Of a DNA stretch of 35,198 nucleotides, positions 25,847-34,682 are shown piece after piece. Position 1 is the first letter of the stretch; each line of letters begins with the position of its first letter. Below the pieces are notes generated by a model, which saw only the letters and a list, made by a program, of their open reading frames with translations, was not told where the DNA came from and made no database searches. The stretch is taken from IMG/VR virus record IMGVR_UViG_2548876963_000010; one strand, given 5' to 3'. The position numbers and the translations under genes are program-made. The DNA comes from a virus (lineage: Duplodnaviria > Heunggongvirae > Uroviricota > Caudoviricetes).

Positions 25847-26014
25847 TCAAGTGAAAAGGCTAAAACAGATCAGTACCAACTTCGTCTTGCTCATGAATTT
25901 AGAAAGCAGCTTGAAGAACAGGCTCGTAAAGATGGAGATACCTCTCTCGCAACATGGATAAAACGCGTTTTGCGTAAGGAACTTCAGTCACGAGGTATTG
26001 AACCCAAAGGATAA
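25844..26014 (+). CDS. Small ribbon-helix-helix (Arc/MetJ-like) DNA-binding protein, 56 aa
   Basis: Not in supplied ORF track (below its length cutoff); MSSEKAKTDQYQLRLAHEFRKQLEEQARKDGDTSLATWIKRVLRKELQSRGIEPKG: beta-strand then two helices as in Arc. Confidence 0.6.
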   Translation: MSSEKAKTDQYQLRLAHEFRKQLEEQARKDGDTSLATWIKRVLRKELQSRGIEPKG

Positions 26015-26115
26015 TTACGGAGATATCAAGCAGCGCTAAGAAGTTAGGATTATTTGTTCAGCCCAGATTAGTCGATATGCACTGATTAACTTAAACATTG
26101 TGTGTAGGAGGTGTT

Positions 26116-26769
26116 GTGGATATTGAATTTTTTCTTAAAGAGCGCACAAGATTCGTTACTTATTTCTATGAAACGGCTGCTGCACCATTTGTTAACATCA
26201 TGAATGATATTGAGAATGAAGTGGAACCTTATATTCAGCCGTATGGTGAGAGTGATGAACCAGCTTTTTTAGATGAATGGTTAGATGCAAAGTCGGGATT
26301 AGAAACCTGTGGGCACCATGCATTATCGATGCTTTCGTCTTCTCTTCAGTTGTACCTGAAGGCGTGGGTAGATCGCTTAGGATATCATAGCGTGAAATCT
26401 GATATAAATTTCAAGAAGGGTTGGTTTAATGGCTATCGTGAAATTTTCAACAAAATTGAGTTGGAAATGGCAAAATGTCCTGCAAATTTGGAAATAATTG
26501 AACAAATTCCCTTGGTGAGAAATCGTGTCCAGCATCCTGAGGAACTTACCTCAATTAATATTTCTCACTCAAAAAATGACTTGGAAAAATATCCTCGCCC
26601 ATACTTTATTCAGGAGTGTGAGCTACTTTTGGCTTCCGAACAGGAAGAAAAATCGTGGTTATTCCCACCTACAATATCCCCGACTAAAGAGAAAATATTC
26701 GAAGCTATCAGAAATGTTGAAATGCTGTGCTCTTGGTTAGAGTCTGAGTATTGGTCGGCTCTTGACTAA
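26116..26769 (+). CDS. Hypothetical protein (217 aa) with R-x4-H motif, possible HEPN-domain protein
   Basis: GTG start at 26116 with AGGAGG 6 nt upstream (ORF track lists 26098); AT-rich; motif VRNRVQHPEE (R-x4-H). Confidence 0.55.
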   Translation: MDIEFFLKERTRFVTYFYETAAAPFVNIMNDIENEVEPYIQPYGESDEPAFLDEWLDAKSGLETCGHHALSMLSSSLQLYLKAWVDRLGYHSVKSDINFKKGWFNGYREIFNKIELEMAKCPANLEIIEQIPLVRNRVQHPEELTSINISHSKNDLEKYPRPYFIQECELLLASEQEEKSWLFPPTISPTKEKIFEAIRNVEMLCSWLESEYWSALD

Positions 26770-26858
26770 ATGTAGAATAGAGTAAGTCAGCGTCAAATGA
26801 AAACAGCCCGACGAATCGGGCTATTATGGCTATCAGGCAAACACTACCTTCAAACTCA

Positions 26859-27095
26859 TTATGCCGCCTCAATACCCGCTCTGGTTAACATATAGTGGCC
26901 CCAGTGGGTTTTCTTCAGATAACCGGCCAGTTCCATCTGTGTCACAATAAATTCAGCGTTAACTATTTCTATATCTGCGTAGTCGGCCAGATCGCGCAGC
27001 GGCCATGTGCTGCGAACGCCGACGCTAACTATGGTATCTCTGATGCGGCGAGCGGTATCGGTCATTGGGCGGGTTCTGGCTGCCTGAATAGTCAT
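26859..27095 (-). CDS. Hypothetical small protein (78 aa), possible winged-helix DNA binding
   Basis: ATG at 27095 with GGGGAA upstream (listed ORF begins at a GTG at 27134); not part of canonical P2 L-X interval. Confidence 0.45.
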   Translation of the reverse strand: MTIQAARTRPMTDTARRIRDTIVSVGVRSTWPLRDLADYADIEIVNAEFIVTQMELAGYLKKTHWGHYMLTRAGIEAA

Positions 27096-27210
27096 GGTAT
27101 TTTCCCCTGTAAGTTCTTTCGTTGGGTCAGACACTAACTCTGGTGGGGAAGGGGCATCCAGCGTTCAGATGAGGCGATACGGTGATGCGCATCGCATATC
27201 CGTACTCTTT

Positions 27211-27678
27211 TTATACCAGAACAAACGTGCTACGCGGCTTGCCCAGAATATCCCGCACTGCGAAGCGGGCATCGCGCGCCAGATCGTCGGCGGTGCTTTC
27301 CTTTTGTTCCACCAGTTTGCTGCCGTGGGCGGTGGCATCAAAGTTACGGTAGCGTTCCAGCAGGTTTGCGTGCGTCAGGCTGTACACCGCGTGGCGGTAG
27401 CGGTGCAGGTTAACGCTTGCGCCGTCCAGTCGTTCGGTCGTGGTTTCCGCAATGCAAGTTGTGCCACGGTTTTCCTGTTCCAGCCGCCATTCCCGCAGGT
27501 CGTCGTTTACGCTGGCCAGCGCAATCAGCAGCGCCTCGCGCAGCCGTTCGTTGGTGACGGTGCTGTCCAGCCGTTGGGTCGCACGCAGATGTTGCGTATC
27601 AATATCGGGAAAGAAAGGGTGGTTGCTGATAACCAGCCCCGGCAGACTGGCGGCGGGGGCAACCTGAATAAAGCTCAT
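27211..27678 (-). CDS. L: Head completion/stabilization protein (P2 gpL-like)
   Basis: Start placed at ATG 27678 (MSFIQVAPAA...) with GGGAGAA RBS; follows M as in P2. Confidence 0.75.
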   Translation of the reverse strand: MSFIQVAPAASLPGLVISNHPFFPDIDTQHLRATQRLDSTVTNERLREALLIALASVNDDLREWRLEQENRGTTCIAETTTERLDGASVNLHRYRHAVYSLTHANLLERYRNFDATAHGSKLVEQKESTADDLARDARFAVRDILGKPRSTFVLV

Positions 27679-27763
27679 TATATTCTCCCTGTTCGGCGGT
27701 GGACGGCGGGCGTTGCAGTGGTATAACCACGCGCGGCCAGCCGTGCCGCCGGTCGTGAGGGTC

Positions 27764-28417
27764 TCACTCGGTAGGCTGACTGTTGCGAATTTGTCGCTCC
27801 AGTTGCTCAATCAGTTTTTTCACGCCGACGTTCTCATCCAGTTGTAGCGCGCGCTGGAACTGCGCCAGCGCCTCCTGCGGCTGGCTTTCGCTGTGTGCCA
27901 GCCCCAATGCCTTGTGCAGGCGGGCGCGAACCTGATCCGGCATGTCTTGGGAGGCTAACAGTCCGGCAAAGGCCAGCAGGCTGTCCAGCGCCACAAAGGT
28001 ACCGGCGGCAAGCTGTTTCAGAGCGGTGTCGGCGACCTCTTCAGCCACCATGCAGGCGGTCTGCCGTTGGTACTGATCCGGCGTTACCCAGCTGTGTTTC
28101 AGGGCGTGTTCCGCCATGGGGTAGGCAGCGGGAAAGTCGCCGGTATCCAGCGTCCAGAGCAGCACCGTCATAAACACATCGTCCTGCTGTTGGCTGTCGG
28201 CAGCCAGAACGCCGCTTATCCACGGCTGGTAATCGGGCAGCAGTTCACCCTTAACCTCGATTTTGCGTTCAATGGACTGGATCGCTTTCAGGCGGCGTTT
28301 ATCGGTTGCCAGCTTTGCCAGCATCAGTTCATAGCCGCTGGCGTAGGTCTGGTTTTCCTGTTGATTTACGGCCTGCGCCTGATGGCGCAGCAGGTGGCGG
28401 CGGGCAGGCGTCATCAT
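27764..28417 (-). CDS. M: Terminase small (endonuclease) subunit (P2 gpM-like)
   Basis: 217 aa; position after N; 4-bp overlap with N. Confidence 0.8.
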   Translation of the reverse strand: MMTPARRHLLRHQAQAVNQQENQTYASGYELMLAKLATDKRRLKAIQSIERKIEVKGELLPDYQPWISGVLAADSQQQDDVFMTVLLWTLDTGDFPAAYPMAEHALKHSWVTPDQYQRQTACMVAEEVADTALKQLAAGTFVALDSLLAFAGLLASQDMPDQVRARLHKALGLAHSESQPQEALAQFQRALQLDENVGVKKLIEQLERQIRNSQPTE

Positions 28418-29433
28418 GCGTCTTTGTCCTCAAACTTGATGTTTTCAAACAGGCAACCGCAGCCGAAGTCTTCCACCACAAAGGCATCGTTGGAAGACTC
28501 GAAGTTCTCTACCCGGTCACGTTTGGGGTTATCAATAATGGCGCGGCGGCGGGTGCCTTTCTGGACATAGATAGACAGGTTACTGAAGGCGGTGACCAGA
28601 ATGGTGTTGCGCGGGAAACCCGGCACGCGCACGGCAGGGCGACCGCCGATGGTTTTCTGGCTGACCAGAATCTGCCCCGCCAGTTTTTCGCTGTTCTCAT
28701 TGTGCTGGTTGAGGATCGGGAAGTATTTGTCGTGCAGGACGCCACGGCCACAAATGGCGACCAGATCTGCGCCGTCGACATGCCATTCGTCAATCAGGTT
28801 TTCTTCGCCGTCATTGACCATGGCGTCCAGATTCTCATAGTCGCCGCCTTTGCCAATGATGATTTTGCCGGAACCTTCCACACCTTCGTTCATGACGCGT
28901 TCCGGGGCGTGGTCGCGGTACTGCTGCAGCCAGCCTTTGTTAACGTCCTGCAGAAGGGGGTAACGCTGGAAGTCGGTCTGGGCGGCAACGAGGATACCGT
29001 TGAAGCCAATCAGGATGCGGTCTAATCCCTGTCGCCGGGTGATGCTGTCGCGCACGCGGATCTGAAAATCCGGGTGTACGGCCCATGCGTCCAGTTTGGC
29101 GTATTTCAGCGCGGTGTCGTAGTTGGTTTTTTCGCAGCGGTAACGGTTAGTCGTCATTGACGTGGGGTCTACGGGTTCACGCTCACGCTGGCTGGTATCG
29201 GTACGGCTGGCCGTCGGGCGATCAATGCCGATACCGACTTTTTCTCCTTCCTGATCCACCACTTCATGGACGTTGATTTTGGTCAGGAACTCCACGGATG
29301 CCTGAATTTTGGTTTCCAGCGTCTGCTGTACGGAAGGTTCTACCGTGAATTCGACGGCGGCGCTCTGGACGCCGGACAGCCCGGCGACGGTTTCAACGTA
29401 AACGTTGTATTTTAAGCGGGTTTCGTTACGCAT
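28414..29433 (-). CDS. N: Major capsid protein (P2 gpN-like)
   Basis: 339 aa; position between scaffold and terminase small subunit. Confidence 0.9.
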   Translation of the reverse strand: MRNETRLKYNVYVETVAGLSGVQSAAVEFTVEPSVQQTLETKIQASVEFLTKINVHEVVDQEGEKVGIGIDRPTASRTDTSQREREPVDPTSMTTNRYRCEKTNYDTALKYAKLDAWAVHPDFQIRVRDSITRRQGLDRILIGFNGILVAAQTDFQRYPLLQDVNKGWLQQYRDHAPERVMNEGVEGSGKIIIGKGGDYENLDAMVNDGEENLIDEWHVDGADLVAICGRGVLHDKYFPILNQHNENSEKLAGQILVSQKTIGGRPAVRVPGFPRNTILVTAFSNLSIYVQKGTRRRAIIDNPKRDRVENFESSNDAFVVEDFGCGCLFENIKFEDKDA

Positions 29434-29442
29434 CGGGGTTCC

Positions 29443-30270
29443 TTAACAGTCGGTTTTCAGGTCGGTGTTGCCACCGGTGGCAGGCTGGCGCGGTGGTGTG
29501 GCCGGTTGTTTTGCAAGCTGAGTTTTCAGCGTGGAATAATCGGTCTGTAGCTGCTGATGCTGCGTTTGCAGTTTAGATAGCTCCTCGCGGATTTGGTCGA
29601 TCTGCTCGCTACAGAACGTCGCCACTTCCTCCACCGCCAGATGCACGTCGTCCCGTTGCTGGTCGTCGTGGTTCTGCTTTTTACTTAACAGCGCTTTGAT
29701 ACGGGTAAACAGCGATTCGCCGCTGCTTTCCTCCACTTCTTCAAACTCCAGTTCAATCTCTTCTGCCACGCTGAAAATGTTCTCCGGCGAGCGTTTACGC
29801 GCCGCCAGCGGGTTGTTTTGCGCGCTGGCACAGAAGGAGAGCATTTCGGTGCCGAGACTGGCCGGATCGTCGGTGACTGCCAGCCCGACCAGATAGGCTT
29901 TGCCCGTGTCGGCAAATTTCGGATCGACTTCCACCGAGGTATAAACCTTCTGCCCTTTGCGGTTCATTTCGACCAGCGAATCCGTTGGGGCCAGACGCGC
30001 CAGCAGCGCCAGTTTGCCTTTCAGGGGACCGTCTTCGGCGATCTCTTCTTTCTTCACCATCGCCACGTCGCCGTAGCGCTGGAACGGGCCGTCCGGCAGG
30101 ATGCCTTTCAGGTGCTCCAGATTAATGCGCGCGCCGTACACTTTTGGGCTGTATGTATCGGCCATTTGCTCGATCCACTGGCGTTCAATAGTACGCTTGT
30201 CGCAGGTTGCGCCTTCTACGGCGATACGCACCCATTTAGAGAGCAGTTTTTTCTTTGGCTTTTTGTCCAT
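29443..30270 (-). CDS. O: Capsid scaffolding protein (P2 gpO-like)
   Basis: 275 aa, acidic/coiled-coil C-terminal half; divergent from P. Confidence 0.85.
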   Translation of the reverse strand: MDKKPKKKLLSKWVRIAVEGATCDKRTIERQWIEQMADTYSPKVYGARINLEHLKGILPDGPFQRYGDVAMVKKEEIAEDGPLKGKLALLARLAPTDSLVEMNRKGQKVYTSVEVDPKFADTGKAYLVGLAVTDDPASLGTEMLSFCASAQNNPLAARKRSPENIFSVAEEIELEFEEVEESSGESLFTRIKALLSKKQNHDDQQRDDVHLAVEEVATFCSEQIDQIREELSKLQTQHQQLQTDYSTLKTQLAKQPATPPRQPATGGNTDLKTDC

Positions 30271-30340
30271 AACGTTCAGTCCCGGCGTTGGCTAAATAAG
30301 CGAATGGTCGGGTAGTCCTCCGTTATCAGGCAACGGGCTT

Positions 30341-30368
30341 CGCTTGTAATCATCCGGGTTACAAGCGG
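30341..30368. promoter_or_regulatory. Late-promoter-like dyad in divergent O/P intergenic region (TGT-N13-ACA)
   Basis: GCTTGTAA-tcatccggg-TTACAAGC; TGT 30345-30347, ACA 30361-30363. Confidence 0.55.
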
Positions 30369-30425
30369 CATTGCTACGCGCAGGCAGTGGCTTGTTTACG
30401 CTGACGGCAGAAACGAGAGGACGTT

Positions 30426-32210
30426 ATGCCGCCAGACATCGAAAAACATCTGCTTGCCCTTCAGGACGAAGATCCACGCCGCAAAGCCCGCTATCTGTAC
30501 TGGCAGGGTTTTCGCATCGCGCGGATCGCCGAACTGCTGGGCGTAAAAGTCACCACGCTGCATAGCTGGAAGCGGCGCGACGGCTGGGATGAATCCGCCC
30601 CGCTGGAGCGAGTGACGGCGGTGACCGAGGCGCGTCTGATCCAGCTCACGGTGAAGGAAAATAAGGAGGGGAAGGATTTTAAGGAGATCGACCTGCTCTG
30701 GCGACAGATGGAGCGCGGGGCAAGGGTTGAACGCTATCAGCAGGGAGGCAATGAGGTCGACCTGAATCCTGCTCTTGCGAAGCGTAACGTCGGGTCGCGC
30801 AGACAGCCGGAAACCAACCATATCAGCGAGGAGCAGGCGGAGAAGCTGAAACAGCTATTTCTGGACGGACTGTATCCGCACCAGAAACACTGGTACCGCG
30901 CCGGGCTGGAACACCGTATCCGCGATATCAACAAGTCGCGCCAGATTGGGGCGACGATGTTCTTCGGGCGGGAAGGATTTATGGATGCGGTGGAGAGCGG
31001 GCGCAACCAGATCTTTCTCTCGGCCTCCAAAGCGCAGGCGCACCAGTTCCGCCAGTACATTGTCGATTTTGCCCGTGAGGTTGATGTTGAGTTGAAAGGC
31101 GATGTTATCCATCTGCCGCATAACGACGGGCGGATGTATTTTCTCGGCACCAATGCCCGCACCGCCCAGACCTATCACGGCAACCTGTATCTGGATGAAT
31201 ACTTCTGGATACACCGCTTTCTGGAACTGCGCCGTAACGCGGCGGGGATGGCCAGCCAGAAACGCTGGCGGCAGACCTACTTTTCCACGCCGTCCAGCAT
31301 TACCCATGAAGCCTATAAGTTCTGGACAGGGCAACTGTTCAACAAGGGCAGGCCGAAGAGCGAACAGATTCGACTGGATATCAGCCATCGGGCGCTGGCG
31401 GCGGGGCGGCTGTGTGAAGACGGCCAGTGGCGACAAATCGTCACCGTTGAGGATGCCATCAATCAGGGTTATGACCTGTTCGACCTCGAGCAACTCAGGC
31501 TGGAGAACTCGCCGGAAGAGTTCGCCAACCTGTTTATGTGCCAGTTTATCGACGATACCGCATCGGTATTCCCGCTCAGCATGTTGCAGGGGTGCATGGT
31601 CGATAGCTGGGAAGTCTGGGACGACTACAAGCCGTTTGCCCTGCGTCCACTCGGCGAACGCTCGGTGTGGGTGGGCTACGATCCTGCATTAAGCGGTGAC
31701 AGCGCCGGGTGCGTGGTGGTCGCGCCGCCGGTCATTGAGGGCGGCAAGTTTCGGGTAATTGAAAAGCACCAGTGGCACGGGATGGACTTCGCGGCGCAGG
31801 CGGAAAATATCCGCAAAATTACCGAGCGCTATAACGTGACTTACATCGGTATTGACGTGACCGGCATCGGCCACGGCGTGCATCAACTGGTGAAACAGTT
31901 CTTCCCGGCAGTGCAGGCATTCTCTTATTCCCCGGAAGTGAAACAGCGTCTGGTGCTGAAAACGCTGGACGTTGTCCGTAAACGCCGACTGGAGTTTGAC
32001 GCTGGATGGACGGATCTGGCGCAGGCATTTATGGCGATCCGCAAAACCCTGACCCCGTCCGGGCGTCAGGTGACCTTCGAGGCCAGCCGTTCGGAAGAAG
32101 TCTCCCACGCGGATCTGGCATGGGCGTGCATGCACGCCATTATCAATGAACCACTGGAAAGCTCTGGCGGCGCGAACAGCGGGCGGGGCTTAATTAAGGT
32201 GTATGGATGA
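30426..32210 (+). CDS. P: Terminase large (ATPase) subunit (P2 gpP-like)
   Basis: 594 aa; RBS GAGAGG; ATGA overlap with Q. Confidence 0.9.
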   Translation: MPPDIEKHLLALQDEDPRRKARYLYWQGFRIARIAELLGVKVTTLHSWKRRDGWDESAPLERVTAVTEARLIQLTVKENKEGKDFKEIDLLWRQMERGARVERYQQGGNEVDLNPALAKRNVGSRRQPETNHISEEQAEKLKQLFLDGLYPHQKHWYRAGLEHRIRDINKSRQIGATMFFGREGFMDAVESGRNQIFLSASKAQAHQFRQYIVDFAREVDVELKGDVIHLPHNDGRMYFLGTNARTAQTYHGNLYLDEYFWIHRFLELRRNAAGMASQKRWRQTYFSTPSSITHEAYKFWTGQLFNKGRPKSEQIRLDISHRALAAGRLCEDGQWRQIVTVEDAINQGYDLFDLEQLRLENSPEEFANLFMCQFIDDTASVFPLSMLQGCMVDSWEVWDDYKPFALRPLGERSVWVGYDPALSGDSAGCVVVAPPVIEGGKFRVIEKHQWHGMDFAAQAENIRKITERYNVTYIGIDVTGIGHGVHQLVKQFFPAVQAFSYSPEVKQRLVLKTLDVVRKRRLEFDAGWTDLAQAFMAIRKTLTPSGRQVTFEASRSEEVSHADLAWACMHAIINEPLESSGGANSGRGLIKVYG

Positions 32211-33187
32211 ATAACGCAATGGCTTTCACCTTCGGTGAACCCGAAGCCCTGCTGGACAGGCGGGAAATACTGAACTATCTGGAGTGCGTGGACTTTGGTA
32301 AATGGTATGCGCCGCCGGTGGATTTTAACTCGCTGGCGCTGTCGTTCCGCGCTTCGGCGCATCATACCAGCCCGATCTGCGTGAAGCGCAATGTGCTGGT
32401 TGGTACCTTCATTCCTCATCCGTTGCTAACCCGGCAGGCGTTCAGCCGCCTTGCGCTGGACTATCTGGTGTTCGGCAACGCTTATCTGGAGCGGCAGGAT
32501 AACCGGCTGGGCCAGCCGTTAACGCTGGTGCCTGCGCTGGCGAAGTATGTCCGCCGCGGTAAGGCGCTGGAGAACTATTTCTTTGTTCAGCCCGGTCGTG
32601 TGGATCATGAGTTTGCGCCGGGAAGTATCGGCCACCTGCTGGAGCCGGATATCAATCAGGAAATCTACGGCCTGCCGGAATATCTCTCTGCGTTGAACGC
32701 GGCATGGCTGGATAACTCCGCCACGTTGTTTCGTCGCCGTTACTACAAGAACGGCAGTCATGCCGGGTTCATTCTCTACCTGAGCGACCCGGCTCATAAT
32801 GAGGCGGATATTGAAGCACTGCAAGTGGCGCTGGCGAACAGCCGTGGCCCCGGCAACTTCCGCAATTTGCTGATGTATTTGCCGAACGGCAAGCCGGACA
32901 GCGTAAAGGTGATCCCGATTGGCGAGGTGGCGGCGAAAGATAACTTCTCCGATATCAAAAGCGTCAGCCGTGACGACCAGCTAGCCGCGCACCGGGTACC
33001 ACCTGCGCTCATGGGCGTGGTGCCGAGTAACGCCGGTGGCTTTGGTGATGCCATCAAAGCGGCGAAGGTATTCAACTGCAATGAGATCGAGCCGCTGCAG
33101 GAACGCTTTAAGGAACTGAACGACTGGTTGGGGCTGGAGGTTATTCGCTTCAAAAAGTACCGCCTTGCCGACGACGATTCAGAGTAA
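32207..33187 (+). CDS. Q: Portal protein (P2 gpQ-like)
   Basis: 326 aa; translationally coupled to P. Confidence 0.9.
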   Translation: MNNAMAFTFGEPEALLDRREILNYLECVDFGKWYAPPVDFNSLALSFRASAHHTSPICVKRNVLVGTFIPHPLLTRQAFSRLALDYLVFGNAYLERQDNRLGQPLTLVPALAKYVRRGKALENYFFVQPGRVDHEFAPGSIGHLLEPDINQEIYGLPEYLSALNAAWLDNSATLFRRRYYKNGSHAGFILYLSDPAHNEADIEALQVALANSRGPGNFRNLLMYLPNGKPDSVKVIPIGEVAAKDNFSDIKSVSRDDQLAAHRVPPALMGVVPSNAGGFGDAIKAAKVFNCNEIEPLQERFKELNDWLGLEVIRFKKYRLADDDSE

Positions 33188-33233
33188 CCCCACCAATGAC
33201 CAACTCTCCGTCAGCGCCACCACGCGCCATTCA

Positions 33234-33256
33234 GCCCGCTTCCTGCGGGTTTTTTT
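33234..33256 (+). terminator. Rho-independent terminator after Q
   Basis: CCCGC-ttcct-GCGGG followed by TTTTTTT. Confidence 0.6.
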
Positions 33257-33292
33257 ACGCCTTCTCACCGCCAGAATCTCCAGCCAGCACCG

Positions 33293-33311
33293 CCAGCGCG
33301 CGGTTGTGACC
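33293..33311. other. Candidate cos site (cohesive-end sequence)
   Basis: Reverse complement reads GGCGTGGCGGGGTCACAAC; first 12 nt match the GGCG(A/T)GGCGGGG start of the P2/186 cohesive ends as I recall them. Confidence 0.4.
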
Positions 33312-33510
33312 CCGCCACGCCTGCGCAGTAAATAGATCGCTTTTTTTGCACTGGTGCGTAAGCGTCGGAGCGGGCCATAACGGGAGGGCGTGGTCGGGTT
33401 GCGGGTGCAGCAGAATCATGCGGATTTATGCGCCCTGTGTATGCGCCAGAGACGATCGGGAGGACAATGCCACGATCCTTTCGGTATTTTTGGATCGCCT
33501 GTCGGGAAAA

Positions 33511-33786
33511 GGTAACCTCAGTAATTGGCAGTAAAAATAATGCTTATTCTATTGTTTATAAAAGAGAAATTTGGTTACCCATAAAAGGTAATCTGAGGTA
33601 ACCCAAAAGGTAACCTGTTTTATATTTTCATATAAATCATAATGTTACCAATTAGAAGAGATCACTATTATAAAAGGTAACCTGATTACCCTTTGGTTAC
33701 CAGAAGATTACCTTTCTCTGTTTTTGAAAAATCCTTTTTATTCATTAAGTTATTTTGATTTTTCGTTGCAGGTTACGAAGGTTACC
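33511..33786. repeat. Cluster of GGTAACC/GGTTACC heptamer repeats (consensus AAAGGTAACC) in both orientations
   Basis: Exact heptamers at 33511, 33573, 33597, 33609, 33676, 33694, 33780 plus variants (GGTAATC, GATTACC, GTTACCA, GGTTACG) in ~280 bp of AT-rich non-coding DNA. Confidence 0.8.
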
Positions 33787-34056
33787 TTTTTCCGAAGCCC
33801 CCACGGACTTTGGTATATATAGATAGGTTAAAAAGTAGCCATTATGTTTGCCTGCTATTTACTTCCCATTCTTCCACTGGCCAGCATGTTAATATGCCCG
33901 GTAATGATAACTCGTTGCCGTTGGGTTACTTTCTTCTGTGGACGGTAAAACTGACGGTAAATTGGGTAATGTGTCTCTATTTAGACTATGAAAATCAAGT
34001 AATTAAAGTGATTGTATATAATCGAGTGGGAATGATTTGACCCTGCACTATGAATG

Positions 34057-34089
34057 AACAAAACCCTCTGTTACTACAGAGGGTTTTTT
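34057..34089. terminator. Bidirectional rho-independent terminator
   Basis: AACAAAA-CCCTCTG-ttacta-CAGAGGG-TTTTTT; downstream of minus-strand gene ending at 34128. Confidence 0.75.
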
Positions 34090-34127
34090 ATACTCACGAA
34101 TCATAGGATTGAAGTTACTAACATCGA

Positions 34128-34667
34128 TTAATTAAACCAGCTGTCCGATTTGTTCTCTTCTGCTTTGCCCACGCTTTTCATCAGATCTCGACCGCCCTCA
34201 GTCATATTCCTGTTTGCGTCAGCTTCAGATTGCACCACATCGGTTTGCGCAGCTTTGTGCTTCAGTTCCTGATCGATAAATTCGTTTTCTCGCTTAACGC
34301 GGGCTTCTTCTTTCGCCAGCGCCAGTTTTTGCTTCTGAATCTCTAAGCTACGTAGCTCATCTTCATAACTTTGATCGCGTTTTTTGTCCGCAGTGGCTTC
34401 GGCGTCCAGTTTATCCTGACGAGCTTTCTTATTCGCTGCTGCCGTTGCCGCTCTTTTATTAGCCGCGGCCTGGGCGTTTGCGCGACGTTGCTTCTCTTGC
34501 TGGATTTCCCTGTTGCGCTCCGCGACCCATTCGTCATGCTGCCTTTGCTCTTCATTTTTACCTTGCTGTTCCGCTTCTGCGACAGCCGAGAGTTGATCCT
34601 GCAATGATGAGGCGATAGCCGGATAGCTTAAGGAGGCTAAGATGGCGCAAAGAAAAACTTTCTTCAT
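34128..34667 (-). CDS. Secreted Lys/Ala/Glu-rich coiled-coil protein (likely host chromosomal)
   Basis: 179 aa with N-terminal signal peptide (MKKVFLCAILASLSYPAIASS); outside prophage. Confidence 0.65.
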   Translation of the reverse strand: MKKVFLCAILASLSYPAIASSLQDQLSAVAEAEQQGKNEEQRQHDEWVAERNREIQQEKQRRANAQAAANKRAATAAANKKARQDKLDAEATADKKRDQSYEDELRSLEIQKQKLALAKEEARVKRENEFIDQELKHKAAQTDVVQSEADANRNMTEGGRDLMKSVGKAEENKSDSWFN

Positions 34668-34682
34668 GACTCCTCCTGATTA

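Larger units (their letters stand above)
1..34057. mobile_element. Integrated P2-family (Peduovirus-like) prophage; left att site lies beyond window start, right boundary somewhere between ~33.8 and ~34.06 kb
   Basis: Contiguous, syntenic P2-like late gene set (D through Q) plus integrase, late activator, lysis cassette, cos-like sequence; bidirectional terminator of a convergent host gene at 34057-34089. Confidence 0.8.

Noticed and set aside
33511-33786. Possible CRISPR array suggested by short repeats
   Set aside because: Repeats are only 7-10 bp, irregularly spaced, and occur in both orientations; no cas genes nearby
33810-34040. 76-aa plus-strand ORF in the junction region
   Set aside because: AT-rich non-coding context, no RBS, overlaps the convergent terminator region
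33800-34060. tRNA gene or tRNA 3' fragment marking attR
   Set aside because: No tRNA-like acceptor/T-arm sequence found on either strand by eye; cannot be excluded without a dedicated scan
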